Of a stretch of 64,000 bases of DNA, positions 36,541-50,650 are shown piece by piece. Numbering within the stretch: the first letter of the stretch is position 1; every line of letters begins with the position of its first letter. A program made the position numbers and the translations under genes. The stretch is from Leucoraja ocellata (taxonomy: Eukaryota), in assembly GCA_036785375.1 (NCBI GenBank), contig JAWMAR010000013.1, positions 992,001 to 1,056,000 of the forward strand, read 5' to 3'. The notes under the pieces are model-generated. The model saw only the letters and a program-made list of their open reading frames with translations. It was not told the DNA's origin and made no database searches.

Positions 36541-36843
36541 GATGTACGTGCAGGACAGTTATTAACCAACACAGGGCGGTGGGTTTCAACAAACAAATAC
36601 ATTTTGGAGTTGTATCTGAATTGTACAATATGGTTGTCAAAACAAAATTTTACAACATGTGATCAGACAAGACTCTGACCTTAATCACTGGCAGCAAACA
36701 ATGACCATGGCATTAGAAAGTTAAAGCAGCTACAAGAAAAGTATCCCCCAGCTTCCCACATCAATAACGTCCTATTAAAAGCTGAATAAAATTGAGAAAC
36801 TTCAAAAAAAAAAAAGCCTATGCTCCTTTTTGACGTGACTGAC

Positions 36844-36983
36844 CTGATCTGGTGAGATGCAAGTGTATTTGCATATTCGGCTTCAGAGGGAGTGAGGAAA
36901 AGTAGACTATATCCGTGGGATCCAATCCGGGCTGTTCGACCAACTCTATGAACATAATCCGCAGGCGAGGTTGGAGCATTATA
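36844..36983 (-). CDS. DDX31: DDX31 exon, motif VI ([46 protein letters not shown][S])
   Basis: tgttacag/gtcagt, 140 nt, HRVGRTAR. Confidence 0.97.
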
Positions 36984-39845
36984 CTGTAACAGTGAAAAAG
37001 AAAATAAATTAATGCAAATAAGATTTTTCTTTATTCTTTGAAACGTGGGACAAATTTCTGGAATCTTCCGAATAATTGCACCCAGCTATTCCAGGCAGGA
37101 AGTAGTGCCAGCATGTTGATTGGGATAGGTGATTTAAATCTAAACGAATGCAACAGTTTCCCACTGGCAGTGTTTATGTACACATGGAGATTTCCGAAGT
37201 AAATGGAAAATTTAGGACCACAAACTTGGTCCTTAAGCATCAGTCAGTTTGAACAATTCAAATGTGCATTATAGCACCACGTAAGTAAAAACTACAGTAA
37301 TCTGGCAAGTGCAGGAATTTGGTAGTGATTTTCCAGGCAGCTGAATGCTATTCCATTTAGCATTCAAAACACATTCAATTCACCTTTTTTAAGATGTCAC
37401 ACACAGTGGGATTATACATTTTCTAGCAAACCCAGTATGTTTAATGGGAGCATCCAAACAGAATCAAGCAAGTTTCACGGCAGCCTAGGAAACAGGCCCC
37501 CAGCGGGTAGATGGGAGCAGAGATTTTGAAGCCTGGTGTGTTGAAAGAGAGCATGGAAGCCAGGATCCTGGTGAGAATAAGGGGAGTGTGGGAACCCCTC
37601 GGGCCGTGGTGTCGAGAAGATTATGGGAACTCCAGGCTCCAGGTCTATTAAGGGGAGCATGTGCATCAGCATTTTATTGAGCCATTTGCCGATCCATCTG
37701 CTTTTCCAAGTAATTGGATAGTTGTTTATTGGAGTTTGACTGTAATTCATCTGTATGCAATACCTTATTTTTCTATGGGCTAAATGGTCTCCTTCTATGA
37801 CCCAAGAGAATATAAATGAGCTATCCAAATGCACCCAATCTCCATATTAGTTTTATCCGGTTATCGTAATACGGTGACAAATAATACCCATCAGAAGGCA
37901 ACTATCATATCACTGTGAAGCAGGTGCCGTAATCTACCATATCTTAAGAATTTGTGGAGCTAGGAAATAATAACATTTTAACTGTCAATGAAAGTCCAAT
38001 GGTGGCTAGGTCTAAGGAAAGGTTAGTACAACTGGAAAGAGGGGTAACACAAGTTCTCTATGTTTGACATGAAACCCGAGGCGAGTGTAGTCCCCAACCA
38101 AGTTGGGAAAATCAGCACTTTCTCTTGGTCACTTATTCCCATGTAGAGTGCATCGAAATGGTAACCTTAGTCACAGAAGCCTAACACATATGTTCCTGTC
38201 AACTTTGACAAGTGACATCTGAGGGCAATGGTTCTTCTCACTGTAATATAACATTGACAAATATTTCAACTTACTGCACCAGGAATTATGCTCAATAACC
38301 ATCAATGGTTATGATGCCAGAAGGTTGCTGAAATCAATTTGATTTTAGCTTCCATGTATATGACTGCAGCTTGCAGGAACTCAAGAATAACAGTAACAAA
38401 TGCACTACAGCTTCACTCTGTCAACCATTTTCTGCAATGTGAAAGAGATGCATTGTGATTCTGTTCCTCTGATTCTCAGGGGGTCCTGCTTTGGTGAGTT
38501 ATTTGTGATTCAATAATTGTGAACATCAACTTAAATTCAGAAGAGCAATGTACGATGACATTCACTAATTAAAACAAATGGAAAACTGATAATACAATTA
38601 AATGTAAACAACATTGTGCTTGATGACATACAGTAAAATCCTATAATTGAAACCAAGAGCATGGGAATGAGTAGTTAAGGCTGGGGCAAGTGCAAGACAG
38701 TGTTCAGGGCACAATGTTCAAGAAAGATTGGGAAGATTTCAAAATGGTGTTAAAATGCGTTCCTCTTTGGGTCTGCAAGACTGCTACTAAGTACAAAAAA
38801 AGTGAACATAGAAATAAATAAAAATATGCACAAACATTCCAAAGTTGCAGGATTGCCATTTATCTCCATGGAAACAAGAGACAGCGATGTCACAGTTAAA
38901 CTGTGGCTGAAGCCAGTTTAACAAACCCAAAATAGCCCACGCATCTTACACCTCGGACAGGTTTTGACATCCTGGCCAAGCTGTCAAGCTGTTGTGGTTA
39001 TAACTGCTTATTTGTGAAGGCAAATAATTACTCCCTGAAGGTCACCTTCAACAGACAGTGCGTCTAAGCCTGTGGAAAGTTCCTATACTTCCACCCACGA
39101 GGCCACATGGTACTCTGTGCGGGGGATTCTAGCCAGTGCCCTGGACTTTCGCTACAGTCCAATTATAGCGTTCAGTTCTTCAAAAATACTTACCAGCATC
39201 TACACACAATATGATACAAATTCATTTGCATGGCAGGGAGCAGGAAGGTACCAGGTTTCGTGGGAGATACATTTCTGGAGTTCATTACCACTCCCACTAT
39301 GACATTGTGCTGTTGAATGCTCACCATCCTGTTCATTGGAAAGGCACATTATTTTAGTTACAACCGATATATAAAGATAATTCTTGTTGCCAAATGCAAC
39401 TATTGCTTTGTTTAAAAGGAGCATCAAATACATTTACTCCACACTCAATTTGTTTTGTTCTGTAAAAGTACAACCAACCCACACAAATCTCAATGCTCCA
39501 CAGGGATGAGCAATGATTCCTCACCAATACTGTATTAGAAAGCATAGAGACTTGCAGCACGGGATGAGGCCATTCAATGCTTTGTATCAGTGACAGCTTT
39601 ATGTCTGAACAATCTGAAACTTGATTCCACAGACCTGCATCCCCATCCAAATCCACGTACCTCCTATACTTCAGTTATTTACTTCTGTTGCTCTCAAAAA
39701 ACCCTTTCTACCTGGTCTCTACCTCAACTGTTCTGTTGCAAATAATTTCTCATTCCATCAACTTCAAGTGCAGAGTAATTTTTTCTAAAACCATTTTCAG
39801 ATTTATTACACACTTTCCCTTCATTATGACCTCTTTACCGTTACC

Positions 39846-40101
39846 GTGGGCGGCCCAGTTCGAGGGTGGAACGGCGCTCCCGTTGGGGCGGCCCAGCCCA
39901 AGGGAAACGGCGCTCCCGTGAGGGCAGCCCAGCCCGAGGGAAACGGCACTCCCGTGGGGGTGGCCCAGCCAGAGGGTAACGGCGCTCCCATCGGGGCGGC
40001 CCAGCTCGAGGGTGGAACAGTGCTCCCGTGGGGGCAGCCCAGCTCGAGGGTAACGGCGCTCCCGTCGGGGCGGCCCAGCTCGAGGGTAAAGGCGTTCCCG
40101 T
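39846..40101 (+). repeat. GC-rich minisatellite, about 7 units of 36-38 bp
   Basis: Unit approximately GGGGCGGCCCAGCTCGAGGGTAACGGCGCTCCCGTS. Confidence 0.9.
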
Positions 40102-40595
40102 GAGGGTGGCCTGGTGCGGGGCTGAGACTTCACCTGAGGGCGACCCGGCTCGGGGCTGGAACGGTGCTCCGGTGGCTGAGACGGCGTTCTGGCGGCGGTG
40201 ACCTGAGTCCGGGGTTCGGCCGCGGGCTAGTGGACGACGTCGTCAACAGCTGCGTCCGCTGGACTGGAGGGCGGCAGCTTCGACCACCCCAGGCCGCGGT
40301 GTTTGAGCCGGCCCGTTCGCGGAGCTCGGTGAGCCGCGGGACTGATTTACCATCGCCCGCTGGGGTATCGCCTCAGCGCAGAGGGAGAAGAGGAGGGAAG
40401 AGACTGCAGCCCTAAGATTTTTGCCTCCATCACGATGAGGAGGTGCTTGGTGGACTCACTGTGGTGGATGTTAATTTGTGTTTACTGTCTGTTCTGTTGT
40501 CTATTATTGTATTATTGTATGTATGACTGCAGGCACGAAATTTCGTTCAGACTTAAAGGTCTGAATGACAATAAAGGAAATTCAATTCAATTCAA
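39846..40595 (+). mobile_element. GC-rich non-autonomous retroelement with minisatellite, 3' hairpin and GACAATAAA-(TTCAA)n tail
   Basis: Shares ACCATCGCCCGC, the hairpin and TTTCGTTCA..GAATGACAATAAA with the 2093-2902 element. Confidence 0.8.
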
Positions 40596-41512
40596 TGTAA
40601 AAAAATCATAATGCAGGATTTATGTAAAATGGGTGGTCAATGGTCAGTGCAGACTCGGTGGTCGAAGCCCCGTTTAAATGCTGTGTCTCCTATGATCCCA
40701 CCAAATTACCTACATGGTATCACACTTTAAATCTTCAAAATCTCTCTGCTCATTCCCATCTCAATGCTTAAATTATAATCTGCTTATCGCAGGAAATAGT
40801 TTTGTAATCCGTTTTGTACTTTACATTAAATTTTAATCCGAGACCCATCAGCCTATCCAATGTCCTTCCATATTTCCTTCAAGTTTTTGACAATTATCTT
40901 CACCATTTGCCCCACCAGTAACTATTGTGCCCGATAATTTTGATGTGGCGTTTCCTGTACATAGAATAAAATTGAATTTACCTTGCCTTGACTATTGCCT
41001 TGTGGAATGCTCAAATATTGTAAAACATTTTATCTTAGACCTTCTGAAAATCCATATACATCCAAAATTAAAATCCCTTTAATTTTCCTATCCATTACTT
41101 CATCAATAAAACAATAATTGGATGAAACGATATTTCCCTATAACAAATGTGCAAATATCCAAAATTAAGTTGTGAATGTTTATAATACCACTTGTGAGTT
41201 ATAGATTACATGGGCATTCTGTTCTGGGTAGAAGCGACTTTGAAAATCTTGAAATTTATCCAACCCACTTCTGTAATTTCCATTGCTTTCTCATGATACC
41301 AATCACCTTACAAACTCTGGCCTTTTTCCAGCACCTCTCCACTACTGCCCTGCATTGGATTGAACCACTCACTGGAGACTTGAAGCATAGGTCTGGTTTT
41401 CAATGCCTGTAATCATGACAGAAATAGTCACCTGAACTCTCATTTAAATAAATAGAATTTAGATAAACTGGATCATTCACAAAACATCCAAAAAAATCCC
41501 ATTGGTTGCACC

Positions 41513-41602
41513 TAGACAAAAATCTTGGAGAAACTCAGCGGGCGAGGCAGCATCCATGGAGCGAAGGAATAGGTGACGTTTCGGGTCGAGACCCATCTTC
41601 AA
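41513..41602 (-). mobile_element. Penelope-like element end with near-intact hammerhead core
   Basis: Minus: TTGAAGA-T-GGGT-CTCG-ACCC-GAAAC-GTC. Confidence 0.75.
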
Positions 41603-42308
41603 TGCATTGTTAGCACTTGTTCTGTTAGATTGCAACTTAGCCAAGCTTACAAAGGCTGAAATAATTTCAAACTACTTCTAGGCAACATTTTTGATTCAAA
41701 AATGAAATGGAAAAGCAAAATGGCCCGGGTTCTTCTTCAGTCAGACCTGTCTCTTTTTAAAAAAAATTTGGAGTTCTCATCTTGTGTTTACAATGATACA
41801 TACGGCTGTTCGCCCCATCAGATCCATACCAGTTCCCAGAGAGCAATCCCACGAGTCCTATTCCGCCACTCTTTATATTCCTGTGCATATGTCTGTTTGC
41901 CCGTCTTTGACCCCGACATGAAGGAGCAATTCACAGTAGCCAATTAACCTTAACCCAGCGGCACCACTTTGCGATATGGGAGGAAATCAGGGCACCTGGA
42001 GAAAGCCCGTGTGGCCACCAAGAGAACCTGCAAACTCTGCACAGGCTGCACCTAAGGTCAGCACTGAAGTTGGACCCGTGGAGCAGAGGTAGCTACACTA
42101 ACTGTGGCACCACCATCCACCCCTTCTGTTATTTGGATTTATTAACTGGAAAAAAATAACTTCAGTAAAAAGCTACCGAAAGAAAATAAAAATAAATAAC
42201 TGACAGACTAATTAATGGAACAGCACAAGGACCACATGAAACATACACAATGCTAACAAACTATTTTATTTATTTAAGGTTGTTTACCACGTAAGAAGTG
42301 ATTCTTAC

Positions 42309-42359
42309 CTGAACAATCCACGTGACTTCCGGCAGGTCCAGCCCGCGTGCTGCTACGTC
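42309..42359 (-). CDS. DDX31: DDX31 exon, motif V (DVAARGLDLPEVTWIVQ)
   Basis: ctcgaaag/gtaaga, 51 nt, ARGLD. Confidence 0.97.
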
Positions 42360-44338
42360 CTTTCGAGAGAAAAAGACAGAGAATAGAAGATTACATGGTG
42401 CTGAGGCAAGACCCCAGCATGCCACTTGGTGGACTACATGATGCCTGAAAGTACAGATGGACCGCAGGGCAATCGGTGCCAGCTTGTCAGTTGGATTCAA
42501 ATGACTCATTTATTTGGTGCAGAAGCTTGCAAAGCGAGCAAGCTAATGGAGAGGGGGAAACCTAACGATTCACGAGGAGGGGCCACCATTTTGCCACTGT
42601 CATCCCACCATCCTGCCAAAAGTCATTATTGCCTTTTGCAGAAAGCCAGCAGCAGGGTAGTGGCCCCTGTTGTCTAGGCGACAGATTGTACCTTGCTATC
42701 AGTGATGGAGTAAGAGGGAGTTAAAGCTGTCAGAAGCGCCTACAACTGTTTGAAACCAGAGGAAACTGGCATCTTACGTTAGCTCTTCAATACAAGGTGC
42801 ACACAATTCATATGAATGACCTTTCCTAAAGCTGTACCATTACCAAAAAGAACAAGGTCCAAATGAACAATTACAGAGGCAATAATATATGTAATTAAAA
42901 ATGTGTGTAACACTTTAATGCGAGCAGGCTTGACTGCGGCAATTCAACAAAGCATTTCTAGGAATTAATCCAAAATGAACTGAAGCTTTTTAACCTCAAG
43001 CTGAGAATTATTTTTTTATCAAAATGCACAAAAATAGGGAATCTGCAGAGGTTTAAACAAACAGTTAGAGCATCATTAAAGGTTATTTGTAAACATGCAG
43101 CAGCAAATTGAAGCTGAATTGTTGTGAGGTCCATTAAATATGAATATTGCAGGTCAAATACGTAAACCATATGCGGAGCTGTGAAAAATCTGAAATCAAA
43201 GGGAAAGCCCTTAAAGGTCATTTTGCCTTTAGAAGCTAAAAACAGAAAGTCAAATCATTCAGTTATTTGTGGACTTAGACTATAATCTCCATTGCCCCAT
43301 TAATTTTACTTGAATAAATCACTAAGTTTGCACAGGATAAATGGAAGTGGTTGTAATTCCGGCAATGGAGATGCAATGAACTGCAGATGCTGGAACTTTG
43401 CATAAACAACAAAGTGCTGGAGTAATGCAGTGGGTCAGGCAGTATCCCAGCAGCACACGCACAAGCAATGTTTTGGGTCGGGACCCTTCTGCGGACTGAT
43501 CAAGAGATAATTAACATTATTGGATTAAGGTCACTGATATGGCAGTAGATCCGTGAAGGGACAGAAAAAACAAGGGGATAAGGGGTGGCAAAAGAAAGAA
43601 GGGAAAGGCAGGATCTCTACATTAATCACATTTTCCCCACCAAGAAAAAAACATGTAATAATAGAAACATAGAAAATAGGTGCAGGAGTAGGCCATTCGA
43701 GCCTGCACCGCCATTCAATATGATCATGGCTGATCATCCAACTAACTGTAATAATGCTTCACCAATAGATATTGATATTGTATTGTTACAGATAGGCTCC
43801 AAACTAATAGCAAAAGATTAGTTCAAAATAAGCATTTAGTTTAATGTACATGTTGATGAACTATATTGTTCGAGCAATACTCACGCACTTCTCCTGACAT
43901 TGTTAGCCTAACTGCAAATTAAGAAATAGGCATTTGGACATATCTATTTGAAATGTTATCATTATTCAATCACAGGATTCACAGCGTTGTCATCAAGGCA
44001 ACCATTTATCAACCATTCCAAAATTCCCTCGAGAAGATGGTAATATGTTGCTTTCTTGAAGGTGATGTTTGGGATTTCCAAGAGTTTGGGTCAAAGACAA
44101 TGGACAAAGAATTCTCTCCAAATCAGTACGGATTATAACTTGTAAACAGACTGGGAGATGGGTCTTCCCATGTTTGCTCCCCTTGTCCTTCTAACAATAA
44201 ATAGCACAGGTTTGAAAGGTGCTGTACCATGTTGTCATGGAGGAAAATATAGGCACAAAATTATGTTACCAGGATACATTAGCAGGATTGAAAATGAATG
44301 TTTAAATCATTAAATGGAGTATTCAGAGAGAGAGTGCG

Positions 44339-44339
44339 A

Positions 44340-44367
<28 letters not shown>
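44339..44367. repeat. (GT)n microsatellite
   Basis: Direct reading. Confidence 0.95.
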
Positions 44368-44376
<9 letters not shown>

Positions 44377-46616
44377 GACCTACGGTGCCTTAACAAAATG
44401 GCCTTGTGTACAGCATTGTCTCAATTATTATTTTGACTTTTATCTTGAAACTCATGGAAAGAGTTTATGAGATTAAAACTAGCTTTGTCCTGGTCTTGAA
44501 TTTACAGTGGTTGGCTCGGATAAGTTCTTGGTCAATGGTGACCACCCCGATATTAATAGTGGAGATGCAATAATGGTGATATTAATGAAAACAAATTGAA
44601 AGTAGATTTTCTGTCTCTTGTTGGATAGTCAGCAATATGTAATTGTGCCATAAATCGCCTCTAGTCAGATCAAGCCCAAATATTATGCTGTTCTTACTGA
44701 ATGTGGGAACAGATTGGTTCATTTTCTGAGGATTGGTGAATTGAACTGAACACTGTCAGGGAATATCCACACCTAACGTTACACTGGATGAAAAGCCTTT
44801 GACACAGCTGGACAGACTGGGACATTGCCTCCGAGAACTCCAGCAGTGAAGTCCTGGGGGGTGTGATGACTGGTCTCTAACAACCATAACCATCTTCCTG
44901 GTGTGACTTTAGCCAATGGAGCGCTTGAGCCCCGTTTTCTATTCACGTAAATTAAACCAGAGCTTCTTCAACAGTCAGTCAAAATGGTGCCCTTGCCTGC
45001 AAGGGCAGTTGCTCTCACCTTCTCTTGGCCATAAGCCCAGTCTGGCAGTTACATCCTTTAGGATACAGTCTGCTTGGTCAGTAGCGGAGCTACCGAGTCA
45101 CTCTCGCTGTTTTTGTGAGCAAAATCTCTTGAGTCCACAAAGTGAACAGTGTGCATGTTGTGCTGTTACAGGAGAAAATCAGTGTGTCAATGGGTTTCTC
45201 ATCATATACCTGTTATAGTGTCAGAATGAGTGTGGACTGAAGAAACTGGCTCAGTTGGCGAAGCAAATGGTTATTTTAGAAAAGGATTTCCAGTAATTTT
45301 AAATTTTGTGCATTTACTGATTGCTGTTGGATGGAAAGGGACAGTCTGGCAGGAACCAACACAGGGTGTTGTCAGAGGTTAATTGATGTGACATGCACCA
45401 AGCTGGATTAAGCTCATGCTGAAAGTTTACTTGGGTCACCTGTTCTGGTCACAATGTTATTTAGTGGTTATAATTTAAAGGTCTTTGTTGGTGCCATCCA
45501 GATCAAACTCACCACAGGGGGAATTGTACCCTTATTCTAGCATGTCATGTACACCATTACAAGAGCATGGGTATAAAATAAAAAAATAATTTATAAAATA
45601 CTACCCGTTATACCAAGTGTTCTACTTCAGGGATTCTAACCCTCTTTAATATTATTTAAAATTAATTTGCAACACCCTGCAGTGGACATATGCGTGCATG
45701 TGAACAAGTACTTTTTGCAACGTGGTTCTGTTTTATCTTTCAAATTGCTAAGGGAACATGTGTACGGCCAGACTCCAATTCACATTCAAGATATGTGTGT
45801 AATGTTTATGATGCCGAGTAAAAGAAAGTCTATGAATACATGAAACCCCTTCAGATCAACAACTGCACAACAGGAGCATGTACATTAATGCAAATGTTAG
45901 ATTCTCTTGGAAAATCAATCTCTACATTTCAAGCATCACCGTGTATGTTACAGCTGAAATGATGAATGCAGCAGAGCATATTATGCAGAGGGTTGGCTCT
46001 GCCTTGCTATTGTTTTTAAATTGTACATTTTCCTTTATTCTTGGACAGAACCAGTTTACTCAATATTTGAAAATTATTACTTCAGAAAGACATTAACTTG
46101 GTTGAAACTGGAAATGTACGATCCAGATTAATCATGGAAGAAAAAAACCCTCCATAGTAAACCTGGTGTTCTTTGCTTGGTTATTTTTCTTTGGCGACAG
46201 CTTGCCATGAAAGAGCAGTTCATGAGTGCGTCATTACAAACAGGATGAGCTCGGAAGGGTTTATCAGCGCTAATTACTCCCGATAGCTGTAATTTACACT
46301 TTTTCTGTGAGTGGAAATAGTCAAGATTCACACGTTTAGAGATCAACATCTGCCACCTTTGGAGTGCAGAATGCCACCTTCTGCAGTCTGCGCAGTTGCA
46401 AGGAGAGCCAAAACAGTCCAACACACGGCTCAGATTAATACCTGACAGCAGCAGCAGCTTGGTCATTTTTAGCTCAAAGTGGACAAAACACACCTGTCTC
46501 TTTATTATGCGAGCAATCAGTTCAAAACAAGTCACAGAGCAGTAACAGAATGAAATGAAGCGAATGTACACATTTTCTTAAATTTATAACTCCTAACAGT
46601 AACATGTTATGGAGAA

Positions 46617-46702
46617 GAGATGCGCAAATAAAATCTCATTACTCCATAAAGTTTTTGATGAGATGCGCAAATAAAATCTCATTACTCCATAAAGTTTTTG
46701 AT
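46617..46702. repeat. Exact 43-bp tandem duplication
   Basis: GAGATGCGCAAATAAAATCTCATTACTCCATAAAGTTTTTGAT x2. Confidence 0.95.
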
Positions 46703-49446
46703 GCAAGCCATGCTGTGTCAGGGGATGCCAAGCAAGGCTGCAACTTTTCCATAAGGATAAGGTCACTATCATGTGTCCAATAGGCAACAGATTATTTGTA
46801 AAAGTATTGACTTGGGACCAAGTTAGTTACTCTCCGCCTGGGCGCAGAAAGCAAATAGCCTACTCTACTAGCATGGGGAATAGGAGAAAGAGGGTTTTAT
46901 GTATCCTTACTTTAAACAAATGTTTTATTATTAAGTACACAATATGAACATTTGAAATAATTTTGGCAATTATATTGACCCGAAACTTTCTAAAGAATTA
47001 CGGTATAATTAAATTACAATTTTCCAGACACAGTTTGGATATTTTTAATAAATCTGCTTATTGCACTGTGTCCGTAAAGACCTGGGTCTTCTGATGAGAA
47101 TAGCCTTCATGATTTTCTGAATTAATCAATAACAACAGTGCAGAAGGTAGAGCTACTGCCTCACAACTTCAGTAATCCATGTTTGGTTCACTTCTAATGA
47201 TGTCTGCGTAGAGTTTACACGTTCTCCCTGTCAATGTGTGGGGTTTCCCTGGGTGCTCCAGTTTCCTCCCACATCTTAGTGCACTAACTTAATGCAAATG
47301 GGTGGCAGAAATGTCAGGTGGCAGATGTCAGGTAGTGCGATGGAATCGGCCACTGAGTCCGGTGGGGGAATGGGATTGATGGAATTTCTGACAGTTAACA
47401 GAAACATGATGGGTTGAATGGCCTCCTTTTGATTTCAGGAACATTTGAATATAAATAAAAGGTGATAGAGGTGCGTCAATCTTAATGGTCATCTGATATT
47501 GGACAGTTAATGCGGTGGTAATCTGGGTGTGGTCTAGAATGGGTAGGTAATCTGCTTTGGAGTGAATGTGGCAATTTCCCCACTAACTTTCTCTTTTAGG
47601 TTTATTATTGTCATGTGTATCGAAGTACAGTGAAAAACTTTGTTTTGCATGCTATCCAATCAGACCAGATAATACTATACATAAATGCAATCAAATCAAA
47701 CTCAACTAGAGTAGATAGAGCAAAGGTACAGACTGCAGAACATAGTTCTCTGCATTGTAATGCACCAGTTCCATTGACTGCATCTATCAGTGCAGTCAAA
47801 GCAGAGATAAAGTGTTTCAGCACAACGTACAAGCACTCTGCTAAACATCTTTCCTTTCAATCAATTTTGTTCCTACGTATTTAACTAATAATTAAATGTC
47901 ACTTAACATTGTTATATTCATCAATGCTCTTGAAAATAAAGTTTGCTTTTGGGTTATTTAAGAATTTAAAGATTTCTGGAAATATGAGCATGACTTATCT
48001 TTTTGGATACTGATGGAGATGTTTCAAACATATTTGCAGCATCTTTTAACCATCTTTGTTAAGGCTCTGCAGCCTATCTAGCAATCTGTGCAAAAAGTTA
48101 CTTCTATGCAAAAATTACATTTTAAAATGCTATTCTAAATCTAGGTGCAGTTATGTCAATAGCAGCAATTGAAGGAGCAGATTTGCGTTGTCATTCTAGT
48201 ATGTGGTTGTGAGTTGATTAAATGGCTGCAGATTGTGGTGAATGGGTGAAAGAAAATGTTGACAGAGAACGGGGCTTTGTGCTGCTGAGGTCTGTGCATG
48301 TACCCTTTGATTCCAATGGTTCAACACAAGCACTAAACCAGGCCACCCAGTAATAAGCTCTTGCTGAGAACATCAACATTGCCAGAATTTAATTCCAATT
48401 CCAAATCCTTCACAAAAGTAGTTTAACACTGAAATCCTTTAGTTTGTAGTAAGTGGTGAGTAAATCTGGTACAGTATCAACCTACTTTACATATTGTTGC
48501 AAATTATTTGGGCACTTTCTGATAATACCCTAAAAATTAAAAAGGTCAGAGATTCTCCCTTTTCTACCACCTATTTTTTTTTTTTTTTTTAGTTTTTAAC
48601 AAGTATTCTAATAAAAGCAGCAGGCAATCAGTGCAATAGGATTCTGCCTGACTGCAATCTGATTTACAGCTAATGGAATCACACTGGTATCTGCAGGGTA
48701 AATCAACCCTTCTATCCTATATTGGCATCCAAAGATGCCAAAGATTAGTAGTTAGGCATTGACAATAAATGATGAGCTGACAGCGATACCAACACATCGC
48801 AAACTGTAAAACAAAATTCAAATCATCTGTTAAAAAAAAAAAGAATATAATCAAAATAGTCAACAGGTTAGGGATTACTTGCAAAGAGAGTAAACAAAGT
48901 TTATACTTCAGGTTGGTGATTTTTTATCAATCTAGGAAAATTTGAAATTAAACAATTTTTTAGTTGCAGAAGAAGAATTGAGTGCAGAAATTGGGGAAGA
49001 GAAAGGCAGACGGAAGAATAAACTCCACCTTTCCTCCAGTCTTCGCCCAGCTGAACCTAAAACAACAAACCTTCCCTTTTGTTCTTCCTCCCAGACCACC
49101 TTCTCTGCAATTTTAAAATTAGTTTTGAACTTTTCATAGTTCGATGAAATGCTATTAACCTGAAATGTTTATCAGCTACTTTCAACATAGATGCTGCTTG
49201 ATCTGGTGAGCATTTAAAGAATTTTTTGATTCCAATTTCTCACAAAAGCTCTATTTTGTTTTTCAAATGAAGCTCGTTGAAAAGCCTAACATTAGTTCAC
49301 ACTGTTTCTTTAGGAAAAATAATTAGCCCAGTCTCACCTATACTTCACTCTTTAATACTAAATGCTGTGGCACAATGTGGTGAGACCGTGACAAAATAAG
49401 TGTTTACCACAAATTAAAAATTAAAAAATAAATTCTCTACCATGAG

Positions 49447-49990
49447 GGTGGGTGGCACAGTGATGCAGCAGTTATCACAGCTGCCGTATGGCTCCTGGGC
49501 TCAATTCCAACCTCTGCTGCCACCAGTGTGGAGTTTGCACATTTTCCCCCTGTTGTTCTAGTTTTCTTCCACATCCCAAAGATATGCTGGTAGGTTACTG
49601 GCTGGTGTAAATTGCTCCTTGTGTAGGTGAGAGGCAGGAGAATCAGAGAGGAGCTGATAGGTTTGTGAGTGAGAACTGATCATAGAGCTAAAAGGCACAG
49701 AAAGAGCCGCCAGCCCAACTCGCCCATGCTGACCAAGTGCCTAACCAAGCTAGTCCCACAATTGCCATTACGTGCCCCATATCCTTCCAAACTTTTCCAA
49801 TCCTTGTATTTCAGGTAACTTTTTTATGTTGTAATTGTACTCGCCACTGCCATTTCCCGTCAGCTAATTCCATGTCTGCATCACTCTGTGGAATAGATGC
49901 CCTACAGGTCATTTGAATCTTTCCCCTCACAACTTAAATTGATGCCCTATAGTTTTAAGACTCCGTGACCTTCACAAAAAGACTGACTAA
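49447..49990. mobile_element. Old HE1-like SINE (+) followed by a CR1 3' end (-)
   Basis: GGTGGCACAGTGATGCAGCAG...GTGTGGAGTTTGCACATT; then GCTAGTCCCA/ATCTTTCCCCTCAC CR1 motifs. Confidence 0.65.
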
Positions 49991-50516
49991 TCTGAAAGGT
50001 GCAAGAGGAATTGTGTCTCAAAACATTTCACATTTAATAAACAACATTGTTTAGTAACAGAATATAGACTCCCCTGTACACTCTGACTGATTTGTACAAG
50101 TTTGCTGATTTTCTTAACTGAACATATTTTGTGGGGGCCTTTGAGAGCTTTGCCAATTTTGGTGGTAAACTGTGGGCAATTCTGTTCCATGTATCTACAT
50201 CTTCTATACAAGCCAACACGTTTGATGTTTTATTTCTAATTATTTGATAAAAGGATCAATATTACTTTGAAAGCCGCAATCAGCTTTCAGTGTTTAAAGG
50301 TTAGAAAAAAAATCTTAAGGAGAAAAGATGGGACCAACGTTCAGAGAATATCATACAGAACAACTGATGTGTGATGGAAGATGTTTCTGGTCACTAGAAG
50401 AACGATTTTCACCTTCCTTGTTAGTTAATGATAAATTAGAGTTTCTTCATGCGTTTAGGAACAGATGTGGGTTACTCAGCATCTAGCACAACCCCAGGCA
50501 CCATTAACTCAGTGTT

Positions 50517-50650
50517 CAAGAAGGAACTGCAGGTGCTGGAAAATCGAAGGTAGACAAAAGTGCTGGAGAAACTTAGCGGGTGCGGCAGCATCTATGGAGC
50601 GAAGGAAATAGGCAACGTTTCGGGCCGAAAAGTTGCCTATTTCCTTTGCT
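50517..50650 (-). mobile_element. Fold-back Penelope-derived insertion
   Basis: 16-bp TSD CCATTAACTCAGTGTT at 50501-50516 and 50651-50666. Confidence 0.8.

Noticed and set aside
37293-37744. Possible old Tigger-like element (TACAGT...ACTGTA ends) and 119-aa ORF
   Set aside because: TIR match too short and degenerate to call confidently
39750-40415. Repetitive ORFs and a CRISPR-like look
   Set aside because: Contiguous minisatellite with no unique spacers, in a eukaryotic intron; ORFs arise from stop-poor GC-rich repeats
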